A stretch of 64,000 nt of DNA from Camelus dromedarius (taxonomy: Eukaryota): positions 58,406,001 through 58,470,000 of the forward strand of contig NC_087437.1 in assembly GCF_036321535.1 (NCBI RefSeq). Direction: 5' to 3'. Positions 14,213-26,324 of this stretch are shown one piece after another. A program made the translations under genes and the position numbers. Positions within the stretch are counted from its first letter, which is position 1. Each line of letters opens with the position of its first letter. The notes under the pieces were generated by a model. It was given only the letters and a program-made list of their open reading frames with translations. It was not told the DNA's origin and searched no databases.

Positions 14213-14929
14213 CTGCAGGAGATTGATCATCTATTAGTGTCACACCTACAAGCTTGTCAATAAGCGAGTACAAGGTACGCTAAGCAGAAGTCCCTTCTCT
14301 ACACTTTAGGGACTTTGTACCTTCAGTCAAAAATTAATGTGCCATTCTTAAAATACTAACATATTTTTAAATGAAAGTACATGATGGACAATGTTGTTTT
14401 TCTGGTTAAACAATATCTTAAGTACAATACAACCAAGGATCAAAATGAAGTTAGAAAGGCATCTGAGTTTCTTAAAATCATTTGATTATACTCTAAGAAC
14501 AGCTAAAAAGACACAGATACAAAGATGTTCCCAGAATTCTCAAGCATTCTGGATTGCTCTTGAGGTTGGAGATTGTATCTATCTTACCTTGGTATCTCCA
14601 GCACCCAGGACAGGTTGTTAGTGTATGAACTCAATGAATATTTGAAGGAATGAGCCAATGAACTGGAAGATGGTATATGGTCTTTATGGCTAACACCTTG
14701 TAAATCTACACATATGTACATTACAGTAAGAAGCCCTCATGTTTGCATAGCAGTTTATAATTTATAAAGTTCTTACAAAAGATTCTGTCATTTGATCATA
14801 GTCCAGAGGAAAGAACTGATATCCCCACTTTGCCAATGGGAAGAACTATTGTCAGTGTGGGTGTTTTGACAAAGGTGCATATATCTAATATTAATCACAA
14901 TATAACTTTTAAGCAGAGATGACAATGTC

Positions 14930-15125
14930 AGAACCCACATTTAACCATTTATATGCACTTTCTCCTTTACTTATCACATTATCCTTAGGAGATTTATATT
15001 ATCATCTTTATTATAAAGAAAACTGCAGTTCAGACAAACTAAGTAACTTTCTCAGAGTTTCAGAGCTAGGAAGAGGCAGAGCCAGGCTTCCCACCATGGT
15101 CTCTATGACTCCAGTTCACACTCTG
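14930..15125 (-). mobile_element. MIR SINE
   Basis: gaaaactgcagttcagac...aagtaactt...cagagctaggaagaggcagagccagg. Confidence 0.6.
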
Positions 15126-15689
15126 CCTCAGTAAGGACCAACGGTGAAAAGCTGCAGGACGGATCTTTGGTCCAGGGTATGACAGGGAGCTGAGCTCAAG
15201 TTTGTCTGACTTCTCTGCCATGCTATTCCAAATGCATTTATTGTTTGAAGGTCAGCGAGGACTCAAATCAAGGTCTTCTGACTCCATGCGTGAAATCACT
15301 GTGGCTCAAAGATGTTGAGAAGCAGTGAGGTCAAACAGCATGTGCTGCTGTGTTAGGGACTTCAGAAATCCCTAAACCTCACACCAGGAAGGGGTCATAA
15401 CTCAAACCCCACTTTGGTGGGTAGGATTTTTTTTCCAGAATCTGCGGAAATAACCTATTTTTGTCAAGTCTCAGAACTCCTCAGAATCCTGTACTTGGTT
15501 CAATCTCTCTCTCCCTCTCTCTCCCCCAGTCTCTCTCCTTGGCATCCCCTCCCCAGGTCCTTCACTTTGCTAATGCCTACTTAGCCGCTGAGAACCACTT
15601 CTGATAATAGATCCTAGTGGTTGAGAAATTCAAGATCCAACACATCCAAATTCGAGTTCTGAGTTCAGCTAATCCTTTGTACTTCCTCC

Positions 15690-16058
15690 TCCCTCTGCCT
15701 GGAGCCAGCTTCCCCCACATGTTTCCATGACTACTTCCACTCTTCATTCAGGCCTCTGTTCAGGTAACATCTTAATGGAGGCTTCCTGAACAATTCTATC
15801 TAAAATAGCTACCCTGACCACCCAACTCAGATTCTCTTTCGCTCCTTAACCGATATCATTTTTCTTTATAGGGTGTTTGATAATCTGAAGTTACACCTTA
15901 TTATTTACACGTTAACAAGCATGCAAACAATAGAGTGGATCCTCCGCTATAATATAAGCTTCTAGAGGGCACTGGTACATCCTGAATGCCTGAAACAGGG
16001 TCTAATACACAAAATGCACTTGAGAAACTTTTTGTTGAATGAATGAATGGATGAATGA
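15690..16058 (+). mobile_element. L2 LINE 3' end
   Basis: aatataagcttctagagggca...tgcctgaaacag...ttgttgaatgaatgaatggatgaatg is an L2 tail. Confidence 0.7.
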
Positions 16059-16278
16059 GGTGTGAGCTCCCATTCCCTTAGCTATAAAATGGAATACCTC
16101 ACAGTACATGCTTTATGAAATTGCTATCAGTAGCATATGGTATAAATATGTAAAGCATTTAGCACAAGTGCCTAGAACATGACAAGTTCTTAATAAATGG
16201 CAACTGTAGTTGAAGTCCTGCTTATCCCCACAGGCACGATCAAATATTTTTCTTGCCTCCAACAACCCTTCATTTCTT

Positions 16279-16783
16279 TTTTTTTTAACATTTTTTATTG
16301 ATTTATACTCATTTTACAATGTTGTGTCACATTTCAGTGAAGAGCACAATTTTTCAGTTACACATGAACATATATATATTCATTGTCACATTTTTTCTCT
16401 GTGAGCTACCACAAGATCTTGTATATATTTCCCTGTACTATACAGTATAATCTTGTTTATCTATTCTACATTTTGAAGTCCCAGTCTATCCCTTCCCACC
16501 CCCCGCCCCCTTGGCAGCCACAAGTTTGTATTCTATGTCTGTGAGTCTGTTTCTGTTTTGTATTTATGGTTTTTTTTTTGTTTTTTTTTTAGATTCCACA
16601 TATGAGCGATCTCATATAGTACTTTTCTTTCTCTTTCTGGCTTACTTCACTTAGACTGACATTCTCCAGGAACATCCATGTTGCTGCAAATGGTGTTATA
16701 TTGTCGGGTTTTATGGCTGAATAGTATTCCATCATATAAATATACCACATCTTCTTTATTCAATCATCCATTGATGGACAAAA
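16279..16783 (-). mobile_element. 5'-truncated young L1 (3' end)
   Basis: Poly(T) and L1 3' UTR/ORF2-end sequence. TSD ccttcatttctt at 16267-16278 and 16784-16795, with a TT/AAGA endonuclease-type site. Confidence 0.9.
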
Positions 16784-17070
16784 CCTTCATTTCTTAATAA
16801 CAGCATGTACCTCTTTGAATTGTAACATATGTCCCTCCCCTCAAATTTCCTAGACCCTCTTTAATGGCAGAGATGGAGCTTTCTCAACTTTTGTTTTTTT
16901 CTGGCATCTAAGGGCACAGTATTTGACACAGAGAATGTTCCCTAAATAATGGAAATAATTAATGAGGACCTTTGTGACCCATGACTAGAATGCCCTTTCC
17001 CCTAACAAGGCTGAAACCCTGTGTACAGAACTACAGGAGCACACAGGCTGTGAAAGGCAATTTAGAAAGG

Positions 17071-17887
17071 CCAACAGGCACATGAAAAGATGTTTAACAT
17101 TGCTAATTATTATGGAAATGCAAATAAAATCCACCATGAGGTATCACCTCACACTAGACAGAATGCCATCATAAAAAATCTACAAATAATAAATGCTGGA
17201 GAGGGTGTGGAGGAAAGGAAACCCTCCTACACTGTTGGTGGGAATGTAAATTGGTACAGTCACTATGAATAACAGTTTGGAGGTTCCTTAAAAAACTAAA
17301 AATAGAGTTACTCTATGATCCAGCAATCTCACTCCTGGTCATATGCCCAAAGAAAATACTAATTCAAAGAGACATGGACCTCAGAGTTCACAGCAGCACT
17401 ATTTACAATAGCCAAGACATGGAAGCAACCTAAATGTCCATTGACAGACAAATGGATAAAGAAGATGTGGTGTATATATATGATGGACTACTGCTGAGCC
17501 ATAAGAATGAAATAATGCCATTTGCAGCAACATGGATGAACCTTGAGAATACCATACTAAGTGAAGTAAATTAGACAGAGAAAGACAAATATATGATATC
17601 ACCTATATGTGGAATCTAAAAAAATAATACAAATGAATTTATTTACAGACATGAAACAGACTCACAGACACAGAAAACAAACTTATGGTTACCACAGGGG
17701 AAAGGGGGGAGGGGAGGAATGGAGTTGGAATTTGAGATTAACAGATATACACTGCTATATGTAAAACAGATAAACAACAGGACCTACTGTAAAGCATGGG
17801 AAATGATATTTAACTTCTGGTAATAACCTATAATGGAAAAGAGTCTAAAAAAGACTGCATATTTACAAAAAAAGTATATATATACAC

Positions 17888-17929
<42 letters not shown>

Positions 17930-18026
17930 CTGAGTCACTTTGCTGTACACCTGAAGCATTGTAAATCAACTAGACTTCAAAAAAAAAAATAAAAATTAAA
18001 AACAAAACAAAACAAAACAAAAAAAA
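17071..18026 (+). mobile_element. 5'-truncated L1 (ORF2 C-terminus, 3' UTR, A tail) with internal (TA)n
   Basis: Decayed ORF2 end and an A/(AAAAC)n tail. Putative TSD agaaagg at 17064-17070 and 18027-18033. (TA)n at ~17891-17928. Confidence 0.9.
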
Positions 18027-18937
18027 AGAAAGGAGCAAGTCAAGTGCCCTATGCTCTTTGCCTTTCCTTGTCTGGTGAGATGGTTTCTGATGTTATTGTT
18101 AAGGGAGAGAGGCTCAGGTCTCACGAGGACTGAGATGCCGCGGATTCATACTTCCCTGTCTATGATCCTCTTTAGGGTCATGTTTGACCACAGACTGGCA
18201 TGCCCTGGCTGCTTCATCTTTTCCACTATGTCTTGCCAAAAAGTACTGTGTGTTGAGGGATCATGTACTCATCTCAAATTCAGTGCAAGCCAAGCAGACT
18301 GTCCGGGACATTGACCAATGGCTGAGCAACCACTGGAATATGAGGCTTGAAGCTGGGTCACGTGAGCAAAGTTCAAGGAATGAAGGACAGGACATGCTCT
18401 GACTTTAAAAATTTGACGAGCTGGCAGAGAAACGAGATCCTGAAATTATTCCAGGTGGTCTCCAAAACTAAATAGTCTGAATGAGATTAGGTAGACTTAC
18501 CTCATAATCAGAACTATTCATTAAGGGAATCATTGCTATGGAGGTAGAAGGTCCCTCTCCAGAAGAGATCGAAGAATTTCTTGACAGGAAGGTTATGGGG
18601 GCATTTCTGCACTGGCCGTGAGCTAGACTTGAAGGAGCACTGAGGTTTCTTGCAACCATGAGATATTGGTAAATCTGCTGGAAGGTATTTATTCCTGAAA
18701 AACCAGGCATGGATGACTGGGAATGTTTTCTTTGGGGATGGTCTGTATCTCTTTTCAATTTGATTATTTGTTCATTCATTCATTCATTCATTCATCAATT
18801 TATTCACCAAATAATTGTTGAGAGTATATTGTATGCTAGGCCGTTTAGGCTCCAGATGGTGAAGACTATAGGCAGGAGGATCATGTCAGAATCACTGATA
18901 AGCTTTTTCAAATTGCATGTGACCACTCTGCTTCCAT

Positions 18938-19195
18938 TTTTTTTTTAAATTGAAGTACAGTTGATTCATAATGTTGTGTTAGTTTCAGGTATACAGCAAA
19001 GTGATTCAATTATATATATATCCTTTTTCAGATTCTTTTCTATTATAGGTTATTGCCAGATATTGAATAGAGTTCCCTGTGCTATACAGTAGGTCCTTGT
19101 TTTTTATCCCTTTTGTATGTAGTAGTGTGTATATGTTAATCCCAAACTCCTCTTTCCCCTTTGGTAATCATAGTTTGTTTTGTATGTCTCTGTCT
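18938..19195 (-). mobile_element. Short L1 3' end
   Basis: ttttaaattgaagtacagttgat...ccctgtgctatacagtagg is shared with the other L1 tails in the window. Confidence 0.8.
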
Positions 19196-20335
19196 ACTTC
19201 AATTCTTTATAAGCTACCAATTGAGTCCTTGGCAGAGAAAATGATTTATAGTTTTCCAAACAGTTAATGCTAAGCCAGGGGGTTCTGGCATGACCCACTT
19301 CCATGAATTTTGGAATTTTTAGGGAGCAGGTTTATTAGAGTTTGAAAAAAGTCCCCAGGTGATTCTGCTAGTTAGTCTTTCACTCCCCTAATGCACCCAC
19401 TTTATAAAGGAAGGGAGACCTAAGAAATTTTCAGATGCCTGGAAATGGCATCCAGTTGCTGGGGTTTGCAGAATGTAACAGGTATGCTGGTCTTAGAGCC
19501 CTCACATTAAATAATAATAACAAAGTTCTCATGTTTTGAGAAATCGCTTTCTGGGAGAAAAATCCCTATTTTAACAGTGCTTGAAGCTGCTTCTATACTT
19601 TGATGAAACATTTATATAGAGAAGGCTCGATTTACAAATGACAAAGTCATTTTAGGTTTTCATATCAGTCCTCACCTGTGACCTGTCCATTTCTTTCACT
19701 CCCTAAAGCACATTTTCAGATAGCCTCAAAGAAAATCAAACTCTTGTAGAATTTCATGTTGTACATGTGAGCTAAGTGAGGCACTTCTGGTCATCTTTTT
19801 GGGGGAAGTGCCCAGAGTATTCCCAGACAGGAGGATGCAGAAAGTAGAGGAGCAGGAGGGTTTCTGGGTGGGGGTGGGGGGAGGGGGAGAAACCCCAGGC
19901 AGCATCTCACCAGGGAGACCCAGGACTCAGGCTAACTTGTGCTGCCATAAGGTTTTGCTCCGAAACAAGGCATTGGAGTTAAATGACTTTATACTTTCAG
20001 TGGCCCCAGAGCCATAGAACCAAGGGTTATATTTTAAAGTAAGTTACTGACTTCTAACCAAATGCTAAGATTTGAGACAAACTTATTGGTTTCCAGAAAA
20101 ATTAGTGAGGCCAGACTCCTCTACTTCAACCCACCCTTCCTAACTCTTTTCCAAAGAATTGATCTGATGGGCGAGCGTCTACATTTGGGCTATTTTCTAG
20201 GGCTGCAGCTTTCCAAGGGGATAAGTGTCACAGTACATAGCCATGACTTCTTTTCTGACTTCTGCTCCCCACAAGACGTGAGGAGAAAGAGAAGAGGGTT
20301 TCACAGAAGTCCGAATCTCTTTCTCTCTTTCCTGC

Positions 20336-20812
20336 TGTGAATGGAAAAATACTGCAAACCGTATAAGTAAACAAAGAATGCTGAAGCCATCAAGTCATCA
20401 GCCGCCGCCACACCCCAGGGAAGACAAGCCTGCAGCCTGGCCTCTGCAGCCACTCACAGTGGTGCCCTCTGAGGGGACTCAAAAGAAGAAAGGATAAGAT
20501 ACTGGTACTAGATAGCTAAGTGCTTGTAAAAGGAATGAATTCAGTGAGCCCAAATGTTTGCTTCCTCCCATACAAAGAAAAGCACTAAATTCTTTAACTT
20601 GAGATGCCTGGTTTTCTTTAGATAACAAGTAATCTTTTATTGTTCCAACTACCTGGACTTTGTTGTAAAGCTCCTATATATCCTAGCTCCTCCCCTACCT
20701 CTTGGGAGCCATCCCTCAGAGCGATCTGAGAGGCTGTCATCCTGGCTCGAGTCCTCCTGCCAAATAAAACATGACTCTTAACTTTTAGGCTTTGCATTTA
20801 TTTTAGTTGACA
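20336..20812 (+). mobile_element. ERV1-class solo LTR (477 bp)
   Basis: TG...CA termini, perfect 4-bp TSD ctgc (20332-20335 and 20813-20816), TATA-like tatata at 20675-20680, AATAAA at 20763-20768. Confidence 0.85.
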
Positions 20813-21310
20813 CTGCCTTCCTCTTACTTCTTTTTTTCTCTTCTTCTGGAACAGCCTCCACCAGCTTGGAGCTTAGCACTGATGGAAAATCCACCCTCCT
20901 CTGCTGTTTGTCCCCCAGATGATTTCTGTCTTCTCGTAACAACAGACATGACTTTTGCCCCATGGTGTGACAAGCGTTGAGAATTAAGTTTGGTCCTGTG
21001 GAATCACTGAGCTAATTGTGAGCACCTCTTCACAGCTCCATGGTCAGTGACGTCACATTGAAATCAGCCATAGTTGGATCATTCCCATCATAGAAATTGG
21101 AAAACCATATCCATCAACACTTTTTTCCTTCCCGAGTTCTGGGTTACCAGCAAGGTGGCTGGTCTGGAACCTACCCCCAGTCAGGAGGTACCTGGACTTG
21201 TACTGCCAGAAAGTTCCCCTTCTCTTTTCAGGAAGCTAAACAAAAGAGGCAGGAGCAGGGTGGGCTGAGTGGAAAGAAGATGAAGAGTCATCCCAAAACT
21301 GTCCTAATAC

Positions 21311-21645
21311 ACTGAGGTATCACCTCACACCAGTGAGAATGGCCATCATTCAGAAGTCCACAAATGATATATGCTGGAGAGGGTGTAGAGAAAAGAGAAC
21401 TCTCCTACAATGTTGGTAGGAAAATAGTTTAGTGCAGCCATTATGGAAAACAGTATGAAGGTTCCTTAAAAAACTTAAAATTACCTTATGATCCAGCAAT
21501 CCCACTTCTTAGCATATATCTGGAGGGAACTCTAATTCAAAAAGACACATGCACCCCAATATTCTTGGTAGCACTATATACAGTAGCCAGACATGGAAGC
21601 AACCTAAATGTTCATCAGCAAATCACTGGATAAAGAAGTTGTGAT

Positions 21646-21676
<31 letters not shown>

Positions 21677-21795
21677 ATGGAATACTATTCAGCCATAAAA
21701 AAGAATGAAATAATGCCATTTGCAGCGAAATGGATGATCCTGGATATTGTCATTTTAAGTGAAGTAAGCCAGAAAGAGAAAGACAAATATTATGT
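21311..21795 (+). mobile_element. L1 ORF2 C-terminal fragment with internal (CA)n
   Basis: Translates to MEYYSAIKKNEIMPFAAKWMILDIVILSEVSQKEKDKY, the end of L1 ORF2. Confidence 0.88.
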
Positions 21796-23799
21796 GGCAG
21801 GGAACCTCTGGAATAATTTGCCTGCTTTCTTCCTGATGCCCTCTGGTGATTTAAGGGACAAGTTATCACTCTTGATGCCTTAATTTGCTTTTTGCAACAG
21901 AAAAATGAGAATTACATACGTCTGTGCATTTTCTCTTCGGCTGCTAGGAAGCCTAAAAGAGGATATATTTAGACTCTTGTGGCTTTTCATAATTAGAGGT
22001 TTTTTTATGTATTTCCCTTTCTTTATTTCTTATATTGGGTCCTTGCTTTTCATGCCAGCAAGCTTAAATTCATTGAGGAAATTGGTAAGATATTACTCAA
22101 CCAACTAATCAATCACATTAAGTTTTTGAAAAAAGTCTTCAGTCTTCCACTAAAAAACAAGGAGGAAGACTGGGTGCAGGGGGCAGATGTTCCACATTCT
22201 ACTTACTCTCTTTACTCTCCAAATAGAAAAACTCAGAAAATAAAACATGACTTTATGTTTCTAAGTAGATTATCCCCTCTATTCTTCATATTTGGGAAAC
22301 TATACCCTTTGTCTTGCCTATTAGATTGTCAAGTTCTTTATTGTGTGGACTGGATCTAAATTTAATTATGTATGATGCTTATTAAAGCTTGGCACTTGAG
22401 ATATAAGAACAAACATGAGGTGGCTACACTGATGGGAAATCTTTCCTGTGGAAATGGTTTCCTAGGCAGAGTATACCTACTCTGATACATTTATCAACTC
22501 TATTTCCTAAATCAATCAATCCTTTCAATGTCTTGTGCTTAATGTTATTAAACCAATATGTTTTTAATGACTTTGAAAACTTTTTCTGTTTCAATGTATT
22601 AAGCATTGCATCCGAAATCTTATATAATGATACCATTTCTAAGGCATTTTGTAATACTGTCATCGTCTAGATGCCTGGTTCATTTTTCATACTGTTCAGA
22701 GGGAAAACTTGAAAACAATAACAGATCAGTAACTCTCAGGCTTGGTGTGAATACAGATCACGGGGGTGTTTGCTAAAAATGCAGAATTTCTTCTCTCACC
22801 ACTCCCCCTAGTTTCTACCCACTAAATCAGAATTATGGAATAGGACCCAAGAGCCTGTCTTTTAAGTACCAGATTGCTTCTTAGCTTGAGAATTTGTATT
22901 TTTCACTAACTGTGAAGAAGGTCAGGCAGATCCTTCTTCTTGTCCTAAAATTGGGCAAGAGATGAAGGTGATTAATAAGATTCTTGGGAAGTCTTGCGAT
23001 GGTTGACTTGGCAGACTCACTAGGATTTATCATTTCAAACTTATAGATGACAGAAGCAGGGACTCTAGATCACGTGAGTTAATGAGTAGTCTATTTCCAG
23101 TGCTACTATTTCACTATTACTCCCTAATCTGTGTGCATCTACAGTTCTCACAACTGTACCACTTACCCTTGTCTGTCTTTCCCACTAGCCAGTCAATGTC
23201 TCTGGGATGATGACTAAGTCTTATTTATCCTTAGCTCCCTACCGCCTTGCAAAATGCCTGGAATATTTGAGGAGTTTAGTTAACAGATCAATGAGTGCAT
23301 TTATTTATTCATTCCTTCCACAAATATCTATTGAGTTTCTACCATGAATTGGGCACTGTTCTAGGTGCTGTAAATACAGTGGTGAATAACACAATTAACT
23401 GAACAGACAAAATTCTCATCTCCAGGGCTGGTTCTCCGTAGTAAGATGCAGCCATTATATTGTCTTTCTGTCTCTCCAAGGATTTAGAGAATTAAGATGC
23501 TGCTGTTTATGAAATGACTCAAGATCTTTTTAAGGAAAGAAAAAAGACAACACAGAGAATACTGCTCTACAGTCCTGAGAGAAAATATCCAATGTAATTT
23601 GATTGCATTTTTTTACTCTTTTCTTTTTAATAAGCTTGTCTAAGATGAGAATAATTTAAGACTATCTCTCTGACGCTGGTAAATGAACTGGGGTTATTGA
23701 AGTTGATGAAGCATTATGTCAACAATTCACTGATCATAAGCTATTTGAAATTTCAGTTCTGCTGGCGGAGTTTTCTCGGGGGGTACCACAAAAACCTAC

Positions 23800-23880
23800 C
23801 TGACCTCTTGTTCTTCACTAGTCAGACCCAGCCCAAACGTATGATGGATGTCATGGCAGGAGTTGCTATCTTCGAGCAAC
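23800..23880 (-). CDS. ATP13A5: ATP13A5 exon 5 (LLEDSNSCHDIHHTFGLGLTSEEQEVR)
   Basis: ctag|G acceptor, AG|gtaggt donor; 81 nt, phase 2-2; GLT..E motif of the P-type ATPase N-terminal segment. Confidence 0.95.
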
Positions 23881-23985
23881 CTAGGATGTGGTCAGGACAG
23901 GAACCGCACTTCAGTTCATGCTACTCAACCAATCGCTGTTCTTCCCTTATATCCCGATGAGCACTGAGAAAAAACTTGGACTTAC

Positions 23986-24056
23986 CCAACTTTCTGAAAC
24001 CTCTTCTCCAAGTTGTCCCAAACATACCTGATTTTCTGCACTTGGATACAACGCAG
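23986..24056 (-). CDS. ATP13A5: ATP13A5 exon 4 (LRCIQVQKIRYVWDNLEKRFQKVG)
   Basis: gcag|CTG acceptor, GG|gtaagt donor; 71 nt, ends in phase 2. Confidence 0.95.
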
Positions 24057-24272
24057 CTGCAATTACAAATGCAATAGAACAGATGTCACTCACAGAGTAA
24101 AGCCCATCAGGGTAGGTGAGGGTTGTTTAATCCAGGTCCCCACGTGGCTCTCACTTTCCTTGAGACAAGGCTGTAATTCCCAGATTTTCAGAACTTCCAT
24201 TTAATAAATATTATTATTATTATTATTTTTAGCAAAGACATGCCATAACATTGCACTCTTAAAATCACTTAC

Positions 24273-24419
24273 TTTTAATTCTGGCTTTAATACGGCTTGG
24301 TTTATGACAGAGTGGCAGTCAGCCACCACGGGTTCCTCTGGGTTCTTGCTTATAGGGAACTTCAGCATGGATAAGTAGAGGCAGATTACCTTCTTCCTTG
24401 TATATCTTTGAAATTCATC
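24273..24419 (-). CDS. ATP13A5: ATP13A5 exon 3 (DEFQRYTRKKVICLYLSMLKFPISKNPEEPVVADCHSVINQAVLKPELK)
   Basis: ctag|GAT acceptor, AAA|gtaagt donor; 147 nt; open and in frame with exon 2. Confidence 0.95.
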
Positions 24420-24504
24420 CTAGAGAAGACAGTCCAGCCCATGATATTCTCCAGTGTTATTCAATAAAGCCCTCAGTCAACCAAGTACCTACCAAGTGCT
24501 AGAC

Positions 24505-24690
24505 CAGTGGTTCCCGAAGTTTGGGCTACAAGAAAGCAGCGTCAACATTCTCTCGGAACTTTCTGGAAATGCAGATTCTCAGCCTCACCCTAAACCTACT
24601 GAATCACACATTCTGGGGTGGGGCCAGCAGTCTGTGTTTTAAGGAGCCCGCCAGGTAATTCTGATTTGCACTAAAATTTGAGAACCCCTG
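24505..24690. mobile_element. MER5A-like hAT-Charlie MITE
   Basis: cagtggttc...aaatgcagattctcag...acctactgaatca...tttgagaacccctg. Confidence 0.85.
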
Positions 24691-25034
24691 TACTAGGGAA
24701 TAAGGAGAAAGATACACTTTGCGAGAAAGTTTGAAACCAGAAGAGTTTCTGGCTATCTTAAAATGACACCTAGATGTTTAAAATATGTAATTTCCCTCAA
24801 AATACATATTTTTGGAAAATTTGAACAAACATTCCCGTGTTGTGTCTTTAAGAGCTATAACACTGACACCCCTGCTCGGGTAATGGCGAAGAGCGCTCAC
24901 AATTAGCCTGTCAGGGTAAAAATTTCTCCAGGCTGACGTGGAGGAACTGTCCTTCGTTCCTGGGTCGAAGTAAGAGATGGGAAATAGATAGCAGAGATGG
25001 TTTTCCCATGTTTATTTGGAGACAGGGAAACTCT

Positions 25035-25192
25035 TTTTCTTTTTTTTTTTTTTTTTTTTTGGAGGGGAGGATAATTAGGTTTATTTAAATATTTATTTTA
25101 ATATTTATTTTTTAATGGAGGTACTGGGGATTGAACCCAGGACTTGATGCATGCTAAGCACATCCTCTACCACTGAGCTATACCTTCCCCCC
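25035..25192 (-). mobile_element. tRNA-Ala-derived SINE (camelid Vic-1-like) in ATP13A5 intron 2
   Basis: A box TAGCTCAGTGG, B box GGTTCAATCCC, AT-rich tail and poly(A). TSD ggaaactct at 25026-25034 and 25194-25202. Confidence 0.9.
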
Positions 25193-25279
25193 AGGAAACT
25201 CTCAAATAGAGGGAGATCCACTCTGGAATGCTGGCCAGTCACAAGGTGTGGCACAGATGTGACACAGAAGGGTACGCAC

Positions 25280-25453
25280 CGTTGTCCTTAGCAAAACAGT
25301 GTCTGCTTCTTGCAAGGGGCACGGGATGCAGGAGGCCCACACCCTCCACTGGGGCTTCCAGTAGAACACCAGCAGAAGGGCTCCACACGTCAGCACAGAG
25401 GTTAGGAGGCAGAGGGCTCTGCGTAGATTTCGGGTCTGGTAACCAAACACCTC
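25280..25453 (-). CDS. ATP13A5: ATP13A5 exon 2 (EVFGYQTRNLRRALCLLTSVLTCGALLLVFYWKPQWRVWASCIPCPLQEADTVLLRTT), P5 N-terminal domain with hydrophobic hairpin
   Basis: tccag|GAG acceptor and ACG|gtgcgt donor; 174 nt, phase 0-0; lies within ORF 25202..25522. Confidence 0.96.
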
Positions 25454-25858
25454 CTGGAGATTAAATAAAAGATCACTCTTTTTTCCCCCCACATAAACAC
25501 ATCGTTTTGTTCCAAGACACAAACTTTAGAGGCAGGGGTGTTGGCTGGTGGAGAAATCTGGTTTTGGCTGGTTGAATCAAATTGATTGCTTACAGCTGTC
25601 AGCTGATAGCATAAAAAAACAAGGAAGGACCTATTTTGCTACCCTGACATGTGGGACTAAAACGTCAGACAGCAGGAGCAAGGAGTGGGCAGACTTATCT
25701 GGTTCTAAATACTGGTAAGCATCACCTCAGATTTCTATAAAATACCTCATGTTTTGGACCAGATTTACCTTAGATATGAGGTTTTTAAAAAATTATTAAT
25801 ATGAATTTCCTGGAGGAAGATAAAATTATGACTGATATGATCCATACTTATATATCTT

Positions 25859-26324
25859 TTTTTAAATTGAAGTATAGTCAGTTTACAATGTTGTGTCCAT
25901 TTCTGGTGTACAGCATAGTGTTTCAATCAGACATTAAATACATATATTCATTTTCATATTCTTTTTCATTATAGGTTACTACACGATACTGAATATAGTC
26001 CCCTGTGCTATACAAAAGAAATTTGTTGTTTACCTATTTTATATATAGTAGTTAGTATTTGCAAATCTACAGTTCTCAATTTATCCCTACCCACCCGTTG
26101 TACCCCCGGTAACCAGAAGTTTATTTTCTATGTCTGTGAGTCTGTTTCTGTTTTATAGATAAGCTCATTTGCTTCTTTTTCTTCCTTTTTTTTTAGAGTC
26201 CACATATGAATGATATCAGAAGGTATTTTTGTTTCTCTTCCCGGCTTACTTCACTTAGAATGATGATCTCCAGGTCCATCCATGTTGCAGCAAATGGCAT
26301 TGTTTTCTTTTTTATGGCTGAGTA
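25859..26324 (-). mobile_element. 5'-truncated L1 3' end
   Basis: 16-bp TSD catactta(t/c)atatctt at 25843-25858 and 26325-26340. Confidence 0.88.

Noticed and set aside
16279..18026. Single twin-primed (5'-inverted) L1
   Set aside because: Each half has its own tail and TSD, they overlap in L1 coordinates, and ~290 bp of unrelated sequence separates them. These are two insertions.
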